From the NCBI GenBank assembly GCA_030704615.1, contig CM060733.1, positions 50,964,001-51,028,000 of the forward strand: a stretch of 64,000 nt of DNA, given 5' to 3'. The position numbers were made by a program, and so were the translations under genes. Below the pieces are notes generated by a model. The model had not been told where the DNA came from. It searched no databases and was given only the letters and a program-made list of their open reading frames with translations. The DNA comes from Takakia lepidozioides. Taxonomy: Eukaryota; Plantae; Bryophyta. Shown piece by piece: positions 24,801 through 35,323 of this stretch (position 1 is its first letter; the number at the start of each line of letters is the position of its first letter).

Positions 24801-25552
24801 CCACCCTCCATCCTGTCTCCTTCAGCTATCCCTGCCTCCACAGCAAACACGAATAATGCTTCCCCTCACTGCAAGCAGCTGACAATGATAACCCATATAA
24901 TATATAGGAAACGCGTCCCGCAACCCCCCAACCCTCTAGACACCACTTTTCATGCTGAATCGGTGGCAAGAGAGAGAGGGCGATATCATTAATTTGCAAT
25001 TAAGCTTGTAAATGCATCTTGTTGTCTGCTCTCTAATGAAAAGTCACAGACATTCACCTTATCGCCTCGTTTTTCCCACCACTGATACGGGTTTGACAAA
25101 TCTGCGTTCCAACGCTTCTCCGCATCTGTATTCTGTCTTCGTGCATACTTGCCTGCTATCCCAGTAGCAGTGCAATATGTTAGAAACAGTGAGACATGGC
25201 AAAGCTACACCAGACGATCCAACACGCTGTTTCAGCAAATCGCGAGTTGAAACCTGAAAAAATTGAAGGCATGGGGAGGTGCAAATAGCACCAAGAAGGC
25301 AAACTCGCACTTCTCACCTGCTCCATCCGGCAGAGGATGAATTTCCAAACATGTTGGAGAAGAAGAAAGACACTTTGACCAAATCGAGTACCTGAAACCA
25401 TAACAATGACGGTGCCATGCGGTTATCTTTGCAGACGCAGACAGATAAACCCATATGCCAGACACGGCCATTCTTCCCAAAGTGCCTGCATGTAGCCAAA
25501 TTGAGAGACACTGCGGGAAGCAATCTCGCGATTCTCCACCAACCCATCTCAT
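21861..25552 (-). CDS. PLS-class PPR protein (E-type) with spliced N-terminal transit-like peptide and OSB-type PDF motif
   Basis: Main exon 24159-21861 holds P-L-S repeats, E1/E2 and a PG box (QEPGCCCVQV). In-phase upstream exons 25552-25318, 25152-25058 and 24794-24622 encode ...KRWNADLSNPYQWWEKRGDK|IHPRAPDFKLKSTSDA...IPAW. The PPR exon is certain; the upstream exon model is inferred from splice phase. Confidence 0.85.
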
Positions 25553-25783
25553 GCAGGCATTTCATACTCCTGATCAAAACAGATTTTGAGAAGCTCCCTC
25601 CCGCTTCTCCGAAATCTGTCAGCGAAATTTTAAATGCACACAAATGTTCAGAAGCCTGAAACCATCTCATCCTCGTCCTCCGTCCAGTTGGACAGGGTGA
25701 GGGGAATTACCTCCAAGCTGACGCTTAAACGCTTAATACAGTTTAACAGGGTCAGGAAACATAAGCGAGCTAGAAACCTTGCC

Positions 25784-25791
25784 TAGGGTTT
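25784..25791 (-). promoter_or_regulatory. Telo-box (AAACCCTA) in the PPR/SNU114 divergent promoter
   Basis: tagggttt lies ~200 bp upstream of the SNU114 ATG. Telo-boxes are common upstream of plant translation and RNA-processing genes. Confidence 0.45.
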
Positions 25792-25984
25792 TGGATTTGT
25801 TCTCCTGCTCACACTCCTTGCTTCTTCCTCACTGTGGGTCCGTGTGTGAGTGAGGGTGGTGGCGGTTGTATGCGTTGTTATAGTATTCTGAGCAGGAAAG
25901 TGGGTTTTTATTTGAAGAGAAAGAAAGTGCAAGAATCCACTTTGCTGTGTTTTTTCTTTTATCTGTAGCTAGATTTCGGAAACC

Positions 25985-28900
25985 ATGGACGAAAGCTTGT
26001 ATGACGAGTTTGGAAACTACATAGGGCCTGACATTGAGTCCGATGATGACGAATCTGAGCAGCAGGAAGATCATGAGCCGATGCAGGTTGAGAATGGGCA
26101 TGGGGATACTGATGACGGCTGGCTTGCGCACGCCGATGGTGTGGACAGAGTCAATGGGGACGAGGATATGGACAACGAGAACGCCATTGTTCTTGCTGAA
26201 GACAAGAAATACTACCCAACTGCTGTTGAAGTCTATGGAGAAGGAGTTGAGACCCTGGTTATGGACGAGGACGCACAAGCGCTAGAGGAACCGATTATTA
26301 AACCGATCAAGCTTAAGAAATTTGAGGTGGTCGCCAAGGAGGTTGCAACCTATGTGTCTACTGACTTTTTACTTGGTTTGACAGGGAACCCTGCACTTGT
26401 TCGAAATGTGGCATTGATTGGGCATTTACACCATGGAAAGACATTGCTCATGGATATGCTAGTTGAACAGACGCATGAGCTTAACACACTCGATGCCAAC
26501 AGCGAAAAACATTTGCGCTACACTGACACAAGAATCGACGAACAAGAGCGGCAGATTTCAATCAAGACTGTGCCAATGTCACTAGTTCTGGAGGACAGTG
26601 CTGGCAAATCGTACTTGTGCAACATTATGGACACGCCTGGTCATGTGAATTTCTCAGACGAAATGACTGCGGCATTACGCCTGGCTGACGGTGTGGTTCT
26701 TGTTGTCGATGCGGTGGAAGGTGTTATGGTGGGTGTTTCTCCTGCTCAAATGCTTCATGGTGTTAACTCGGTTTGTAGGAATGAAAAACCGGTTGTCCAG
26801 AAAATTTGCCGTAAACCCTAAACCCTACATCCAATATGATATCCTTCTCGAGGGGAGTCATTGATTGCGAGAATGCGTGTTCATCAGCAGGATAGTAAAC
26901 CCTGCATCTGGAGCTGAACAACTCAAGTCTCTTTAGCACTTGTCATTCTGATCTATGGCAATCATACAACATTGAAAGTGATCTAAAACAGTTCTGTGGG
27001 TTCCTGGAGCCTTTGCTGACGAAGTACGACTTTTGTCGTTGAATGTTGGTTTGGAACAGTCAGTTGAATTTATTGTTTTATCCTATTGTTGGTGTGATCA
27101 AATCCTGGTACTCAAAGGGGGTTGTTTGATTTCTGAAGTTTAGGATGCGGTGTGTGTGTGTGTGTGTGTGTGTGTTTCATTTTCATTGGGCAGTGGTGAG
27201 GCGGTGCAGGTCAATACAGAGAGGTCTATTCGGCATGCGATGCAAGAGAGGCTCCCCATGGTGGTGGTGATCAATAAGGTACGTTTCTGTGAATGAGTCT
27301 CGGTGATTGGTTGAAAGTGCCTTGGGTTGGTAGGTTTCTGAGGAGCTGGGCTTCAGTGAATCTGCAGCTGACCCTCTGCAAGACTTGAAACTTGCATGTG
27401 ATCTTGAGCTTGGTTGTTTGTTTTAGTTATCACAACCATACGATCCTCAATAAGATGCAAAGTTTATCAATCGTGGGTTCATTATTTGTAACATCCTTGT
27501 GACTTGACACCAGGAGCCCAATGTAAAGTGTGGTTATCAGGATAACCTCACTTTAGTTTCTCCACTCCCATTTAAATTGCAAGAAGGTATTAGCTGCATT
27601 TCCGGGTGGGGACAGGGAGTGCCCCCTGGGGTCTACAGAGAGAAACTCTTAACTAGAGATTGTTGCGATCTGGTCTAAGGAAAGTAAGTAAGTCTTCTTA
27701 TTATATCATATGCAACATATACTACGAACCCCACCAGAAGATCCACCGCGGGGAGTGTATTGTGTTTTATTCCTGAAAGACTGAAAGACTTTAACAGGGT
27801 CCTAATGAAATTCTGTGAGGACATGGGTGATTAGCAGCTTGAAAAATTTCTTGTTGTACTGTATGGTATTCTGTCGAGGTGGTTTGTAGCTTGTTCACTT
27901 GCACCTCCCGTGTGGGACAAGTGTAAACAGGCGGACACTTGGGTTCATGATTTGCTTTTTGGTGCTGTTATGGCAATTACCTTACTGAGTTTCACCTTGG
28001 CTGGATGGATGGCAGGTTGACAGACTGATTACAGAGCTGAAATTGCCACCAACAGATGCATACCACAAGCTGCGGCACACCTTAGAAGATATTAACGGCC
28101 TTATCTCTGCCTTTTCTACAGGGGCTGAGGGCATTCCAGTGATTGACCCAGTGCTTGGGAATGTATGCTTTGCAAGTGCCACAGCAGGCTGGTCATTTAC
28201 ACTTTTATCATTTGCCAAGCTCTATTTGAAGCTGCATGGAATCCCATTTGATGATGCCAAGTTTGCCTCACGTCTCTGGGGTGACCTCTACTATCACTCA
28301 GACACTCGGACATTCAAGCGAAAGCCACCCGCAAATGGAGGGGAGCGATCATTTGTGCAGTTTATTTTGGAACCTTTGTACAGGATTTACAGCCAGGTAG
28401 GAGATATTTTGTTGCCTTGGAGAGCTTCGTAGGTGTAACTTTGTTTTGGTAATAACTGAGACAATATGTCGTTGATCTGCAGACTGATAATTAAACATCC
28501 AATTAATCTGAGGGGCATGTTTCCACTTAAGATTGTGGCTCATTTACTTGCTATCACTCTTAAGGGTTGAAGGAGTCCAAGGTACTACTGGTAGACAATA
28601 ATTTTGGTGGGGAAGGTGGTCTTACTTCTAGGCTAACGCACACCCTTCAGGTGATAGGAGAGCACCGGAAGAGTGTGGAAAACACATTGGCTGAGCTGGG
28701 AGTGACGCTCAGCAATGCTGCCTACAAACTCAATGTGAAGCCTCTCTTGAAGCTGGCCTGCAGTTCTGTTTTTGGATCCGCAACCGGTTTCACTGACATG
28801 TTGGTGCACCACATCCCGTCAGCCAAGGATGCTGCCCCAACGAAAGTAGAGCACACATACACTGGCCCACAGGACAGTTCACTAGCAAAAGCAATGAGGG

Positions 28901-31900
28901 ACTGTGATGCCAAAGGGCCGCTCATGGTCAATGTGACTAAGCTGTACCCTAAGGCTGACTGCAGTGTGTTTGACTCCTTTGGGAGGGTTGTGAGTGGAAC
29001 AATTCACACCGGCCAGGCTGTCCGTGTACTGGGAGAGGGCTACTCTCCTGATGATGAAGAGGATATGGCAGTGAAAGAAGTGACTAAGCTGTGGATTTAT
29101 CAAGCCCGATACCGTATACCTGTTTCCAGGGCACCTGCAGGTTCATGGGTTTTGATTGAAGGGGTTGATGCCTCCATAATCAAGACAGCAACTCTGTGTC
29201 CTGAGTTTTTGGAGGAGGATGTATATATTTTCCGTCCATTGAAGTTCAATACACTGTCAGTGGTAAAGACAGCCACAGAGCCACTGAATCCAAGCGAGCT
29301 GCCCAAAATGGTTGAGGGACTGCGGAAAATTAGCAAGAGCTACCCCCTTGCAATTACTAAGGTGGAAGAGTCTGGGGAGCACACAATTTTGGGCACTGGC
29401 GAGATTTTCTTGGACTCCATTATGAAAGACCTTCGTGAACTTTATTCTGAAGTGGAAGTCAAGGTTAGCTGGTTAACTTTGATTTTGAGTTTTGAAGTGT
29501 CAACACTGTTTATGTAGGCAACAGATGCATTGTCTCATTCTTGCACAGGACTGGGAATTGTTGCTCAGTATCTGAGGTCTGTCCCTATGATCGTTGTGGT
29601 CAGGCTGGGTTCATCAGCAGCTCTCCTACTGTTGGGATGTACAACTCATGTGGTTACAGGTTGTGTGAAAATGACGAACTCCATTTTGTTCTCTACCATG
29701 TCAGGACTGTATATCTAGGGTCTGTTCTTTTGGCCAGTGATAAGTCGAGTTGGAAATTCTTGGTTGCTGGCAGTTCTGACTGACAGGTGGGCTGGTTTTA
29801 TCTTCCAGGTGGCAGATCCAGTTGTTTCCTTCTGCGAGACTGTGGTTGAGACATCCTCACTGAAGTGTTTTGCCGAGACACCAAATAAGAAGAATAAACT
29901 GACTATGGTAATACCTTTGAGTCCAATAGTACTGATCAAGTTTATTTGGCTTTGCAAAATAATGTGATGTGAAATCGAGTTGTATCTCCACTTGCCATGT
30001 CTTCTACTTGAGTGTCAGGAATAATTTGGGATGCACCTTGCTTTGCATCTGCCATGGAAAGCTAAGAATTTATGTGACTGAGGCTACCAAGTAGAGCTCC
30101 CTGAGATTATTAGCCGTACCATCATATAAACCACTGCCATAGTTTGACTTCATGTGTTTATGTACGCAGATAGCAGAGCCTTTGGAGAAAGGGCTGGCAG
30201 AGGACATAGAGAATGGATTAGTGGACTTGGATTGGCCGCGTAAGAAGCTGGGTGATTTCTTTGTGAGCAGATATGAGTGGGATCTTCTTGCTGCTCGGTC
30301 CATATGGGCATTTGGTCCAGACAAGCAGGTTAGTGAATCGCTCTTTCTGGCATTGCTCTATTTGAAGGTCAGCTCATAAGGTTGTGTGTTGAAGTCTTCA
30401 TAAATTGTTGTCTGCCAGTGGGGAGCACATTGGTTGTCTGTATCGTTCTGTGAAGTTTGTTTGGTTAAACGCAATGTTGAACTCTCGAACTGGAATGGAT
30501 TTTGTTGAGTTTGATATGGAGCATGGCTGTCATGCGAGTTCACAGAATTAACTGGTGCTCTTGTCTGGAGTGGATAGACACTTGGCGATAATTCTACAAC
30601 CTGACAGCTTTCATGTGAGAACATAGAGACTCGTGTAGTGATAATTAGTAGGTTCCTGATTGTTAATGTTGTCGCAGGGGCCAAACATTCTACTGGATGA
30701 CACATTACCTAGTGAAGTTGACAAGGGCTTGTTGACTGCTGTCAAAGATTCCATTGTCCAAGGGTTAGTTTCTCCCATTGCCTGAGACCAAACCCATGGT
30801 TCATATTTCCAGAAGGAAATTTGGATTTATGGATTCGTGCCTATCATTTAGATGGAGACTTACTGTTTAGCTCAATTGTCTGTTTCTCATTATGTATGAC
30901 TAAATACTTGTCTGATTTTTTTGGTTATGTTAATAGAACACCTGTGATGTGGCTTAAAAATGTATGTAGGACTGTTATTATGTAAGACTTGTTTCGTATC
31001 ACTCTCGTTTGAAATTCATAGATTGTTGCATGCTCTGCGGTCAGTACCAGAGGCAGTCTCCTAAATTCTTTGAGTGTTTCATACTGAGTGCCAAGTGAAA
31101 TGTACATTACTCATAACAACATATCAGTTTTGTTGTGGACACCAGGGTTTAGATGTTAGTTTCGTGCTTGGCTTCTTTAAGGTTGGGAATTTCATTCCTG
31201 CGGTATTCCTAGAGAAGGACAGACCCTCATGTGGATGTAAATGGGGGTGGTGGTCGGGTGGCTGGCAGATTTCAATGGGGAGCTCGCGAGGGACCCCTCT
31301 GTGATGAACCCATTCGCAATGTCAAGTTCAAAATTCTGGATGCCATGATTGCACAGGAGCCGCTGCACCGTGGTGGTGGCCAAATCATCCCGACATCACG
31401 GCGTGTTGCATACTCTGCCTTCCTTATGGCAACCCCCCGTTTGATGGAGCCTGTTTACTATGTTGAGGTACTTGTGCCCAAGACCCCCACCTCTCACCTT
31501 TGCATGTGGGCCCCCGTCTGTCTGCTTCCATTTTCTCCGCTCTGAACTTCATCCCTGCTCCAGAACTGGCTGTGGGGTGTTATTGAGCACGATGCTATGG
31601 TATGCTCCGCTATGTCACCTACCTCGTTTTCATGGACTATGACCCGCCTGGAGTACCTTTTCTTGCAGGATTGAGGAACTTCATGCAAGCATTTCATTAT
31701 TTGCTTTTACACATGCTGTGTATCCAAACGCAATTTTTTTGCTAGCTGATTTGGATCACAACCCATTTGATGGCTGACTAATCATGTCACAACTGTACTT
31801 CAGATTCAAATTTTGTACGATTTAAGACCGTGCGCGACTTGTTTGCACTCCAGTGTGCGTTCGAGAAGAGTTTTGTGCTTCAATCAGCAGTGCTTTGACT

Positions 31901-33108
31901 AACCTTCCTGAATTGGTGGGTTGAACAGATCCAAACTCCTGCAGACTGCATGTCAGCAATCTACACAGTGCTATCGCGTCGGCGAGGTCATGTTACGGCA
32001 GATGTACCAAAACCCGGGACACCAGCATATATTGTCAAGGTAACCCTATTCTCTAGATTAAACCCTATATTTCCTGAAGCTTTCACACAAAATGGACGGG
32101 ATCATGCATGAAGTCATGAGCATGACTGGCCATGTAAAGACACCTTTATTGTAATTCCAGTTTTTTACTCAAGTTCAGAGTCTGCGTGTGTTTGACACAC
32201 ATAGATTTGCGTTGATTGTGTTGTGTGGGCTTTCTTGAGGTGAAGATTCTTCGTTCAGGTATGTCATGATGCTCATGCAGAGGTTTGGTTGGGTGGACAT
32301 GCCGCTTCTCACTTGCCACAAACTTTCTTTGGGTAGTGGATATAAAATTGTCTCTAGTGTAGCCTGGTGCTTTTGGTAGCTGGGCTATGTCAGGGAAACC
32401 TGGTGGGCTGTGCTGATTTTTGGTAAGATTATTCGGCCATTTTTGTTGAGGTACATGCTTGGGTTTCCTCCATATCCATTGCAGTCCAGGTCAGTAAAGA
32501 TTGACTGGGAAGGAGCTACGGAGATGAAAGCCTTGCAAATACTGCTCTGATAAGTTTCTCCATATTCCAGTCCATATTCCAGTCCAAATTTTCATGTCTT
32601 GTTGTGATGTTGGATGACCGCAGGCATTTTTGCCAGTGATAGAATCTTTTGGATTTGAAACCGATCTACGCTATCATACACAAGGACAGGCATTCTGTCT
32701 TTCAGTTTTTGACCACTGGTCCATTGTCCCTGGTGACCCACTCGACAAGTCAGTTGTTCTCCGACCGCTCGAGCCTGCACCAGTGCAACATCTTGCTAGG
32801 GAGTTTATGGTGAAGACCCGACGTCGGAAGGTACCTTTTCCTAGCTCTCTTGGTCTATTTTTTTCGGTCGAAATTCTCCTTTTATTTTGCTTAAGTGCAA
32901 AGATGATTGCCTTACCTAGATTCTTGTGTGAAGCTTTCTCAACACCTTCTTTCCCCTCTTTGGGGAACAAAGATGTCTGCTTTAGTAACAGGCTTGGATG
33001 GGGTTGATACAGGGTATGAGTGAGGATGTGAGCATTAACAAGTTCTTCGATGACCCCATGTTGCTGGAGCTGGCGCGGCAAGATGCTGAATTACAGTCTA
33101 TCCTCTAG
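25985..33108 (+). CDS. SNU114: U5 snRNP 116-kDa GTPase SNU114/EFTUD2 (CLO/GFA1 orthologue), 11 exons
   Basis: Motifs [30 protein letters not shown]|VD. Exons 25985-26728, 27210-27278, 28016-28396, 28651-29463, 29809-29907, 30170-30328, 30678-30763, 31269-31467, 31929-32039, 32624-32830, 33013-33108 ([24 protein letters not shown]). Confidence 0.97.
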
Positions 33109-33922
33109 TCTCAAAACATATGCAGAATATTTGCTTTTGCATAAAACAATTGAACTGCCGCACTTCCGCCGCACTAGTCTAGTCTGAGAGGTCTTGCCAT
33201 TGTAACGGTAGCCAATCCCTATGAAAGGGAAACCTGTAACATACACACACTTCATTGCAGTAAAAGAGGAGTGTCATTTTGGGTTTCCACAAAACTTTCT
33301 GTACTGCTCTTCTGCTTATTGCTCTACCAAAGTGTCATATCACAATAATGAGAACTTGAGTAATAAAATGTAAGGACGCCAGGCTTGCATTTACTTAGCC
33401 ACGTCAAATTTTACGCTCGTGTCGGGTGTCATGAAATCAAGAGCATTTGCAAAGCCTAAACATGGGTAAAAGCATGAAGCGAGGATGCTCATTGAGCTCT
33501 TTTCCTTCACACCGCTACTCTTGATGAGAGGATCCAATGGTGTCTCGTTTGCTTAGACAAGCAATCAGTCTGAGCAGGATTTAGAACAGTCTCTATCTCT
33601 TGTGAATAACTCGGTACTGAAACAAAGCAAATCTGCTATTCCGGTCAAGTTCCATGTTTGCTGGATAGTTTAGCAGGTTGTTTTTCATTGATTGCAGAGT
33701 CACAGATAAGTGATGATAACAGCAAATGTTGCTAAAATCCAAAGCGGTTTATCCTTTCTTGTGTGCAAGATTGTCTTCTGCTTCACTGACAATGTCACAT
33801 CACACATTTCCTTAACGATGTATCGATACTCAAGGAACCTCCACCTAGTCATATATACACTCCGACATTGTCTGTCACACTGACAGTGTTTCTAGCGACC
33901 TCCCCATCTTCCTCTCCTATAG

Positions 33923-35323
33923 TCACACTGAATCAACAAAGAGAGGCCCTTGCCTGTTGTTTTGCATCCTGCATTTTTGTGAGAAGGCAGTGGAAGAGAT
34001 GATGACTGCTGTGCCATCGCTGCCTTTGCCAGCACCACGCTCCCGCATTCCCTCGTCGGACACCTTTGCTCCTTTGGGTGTCCCCTTTGGAGATTGCGGA
34101 GATCTCTTGAAACGCCTTGGAATGTACCTCCCCAGTTTGATACCTTTAGAAACATACTTCCCCAAGCTCACGACCAAAGCTCTTTTCTTTCTCAATCGCC
34201 AAAATCCAGTCCACAGGGGTAGCTTGATCAGTTTGCTGACCTTTGCGAGAGTATTCTGACGCTCCATGCCTAAGATTAAAGCTTGGTTTTTCGTCACTCG
34301 GGGGAGACCACTCCATACAGGCAGCGGGATCAGTTTGCTGACTTTTGTGAGACCCGAGACAACTTCCTCCATGGAAGGGCGCCGCAAGCTCGAGGGACGA
34401 ACACAACGTGCAGCAATTGCAGCCCAGTGCTTCAATGCCTTGATGCACTGTGGATGAGTATACACTCTAGGATCGCAGACAGCCAACGCGTTTCCTTGTT
34501 TGATGAGAGGCAGGGCCCAGTCAAGAAGGCTAAAAGGGTTGAAGTTCGCATCCATTGAGATTGCGGTTTTGCCACTCATAATCTCCAGGAGCACCATCCC
34601 AAAACTAAACACATCAGTCTTGGCAGTAATTTGGGAGGAGTAGTCGTACTCCAGCTCTTGATCGTCTTGCCTGGCCTCACAATTTGAAGGGTCAGGCTCT
34701 ATTTCAGGGATGGAACTCAAGCCCCTTTGCTGTAGTTGATCGGTGTCGCTGGCGCAGAGAGCGAGACCAAAATCTCCGAGTCTGGCATTCCAATGCCGAT
34801 CAATGAAAACATTTGAGGGCTTGATGTTGCGGTGGATGATTGCGGGCGATGAAGCATGAAGGGCTCGAATCGCTTTCGCTGTCTGTAAAGCAAGATGAAC
34901 CCGCATGGGCCAGCTCAGGGTCGAAGTGTGACTTGAATGGAGAACATCATGAAGGCTGCCATTCACCATGAATTCCACTACCAGAAGCTTGTACTTCCCG
35001 TCCTGACTGAAGCCAAGCAAGTTTACCAGGCGGCGGCTGAACAGCTTGGACAGCATCTCAATCTCATTCCCGAATGCATCCTCGTCCTGCCAAAGCCGGC
35101 TTCCAAGGGTTGGCCTCTTCACAGCCACCACCCTCCCATCCTTGAGAGTTCCCTTGTATATACTACCATGGCTCGCCTTGCATATGAAATTCTCTTTCGC
35201 AAACCCACCAGTCGCTGCCTCGAGTTCCTTGAATTTGAACAGTTGCAGCTTCGCAGTTTTGATGCTAGGGGGAGATAACTGGCAAAGAGCAATGGCTGCA
35301 TTATGTCTACACGAGAGACCCAT
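33923..35323 (-). CDS. Intronless receptor-like cytoplasmic kinase-like protein (CR4-related/At1g28390-like), probable pseudokinase
   Basis: First ATG at 35323 (MGLSC...). Motifs KASHGSIYKG, VAVK, IIHRNIKPSN, DFG, KTDVFSFG, RPSMEEV. Confidence 0.88.
   Translation of the reverse strand: MGLSCRHNAAIALCQLSPPSIKTAKLQLFKFKELEAATGGFAKENFICKASHGSIYKGTLKDGRVVAVKRPTLGSRLWQDEDAFGNEIEMLSKLFSRRLVNLLGFSQDGKYKLLVVEFMVNGSLHDVLHSSHTSTLSWPMRVHLALQTAKAIRALHASSPAIIHRNIKPSNVFIDRHWNARLGDFGLALCASDTDQLQQRGLSSIPEIEPDPSNCEARQDDQELEYDYSSQITAKTDVFSFGMVLLEIMSGKTAISMDANFNPFSLLDWALPLIKQGNALAVCDPRVYTHPQCIKALKHWAAIAARCVRPSSLRRPSMEEVVSGLTKVSKLIPLPVWSGLPRVTKNQALILGMERQNTLAKVSKLIKLPLWTGFWRLRKKRALVVSLGKYVSKGIKLGRYIPRRFKRSPQSPKGTPKGAKVSDEGMRERGAGKGSDGTAVIISSTAFSQKCRMQNNRQGPLFVDSV

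Noticed and set aside
25314-25670. 118-aa ORF as the first PPR exon
   Set aside because: It ends in phase 2 at the 25317 donor, which does not fit the PDF exon. The 25552 frame (phase 1) fits.
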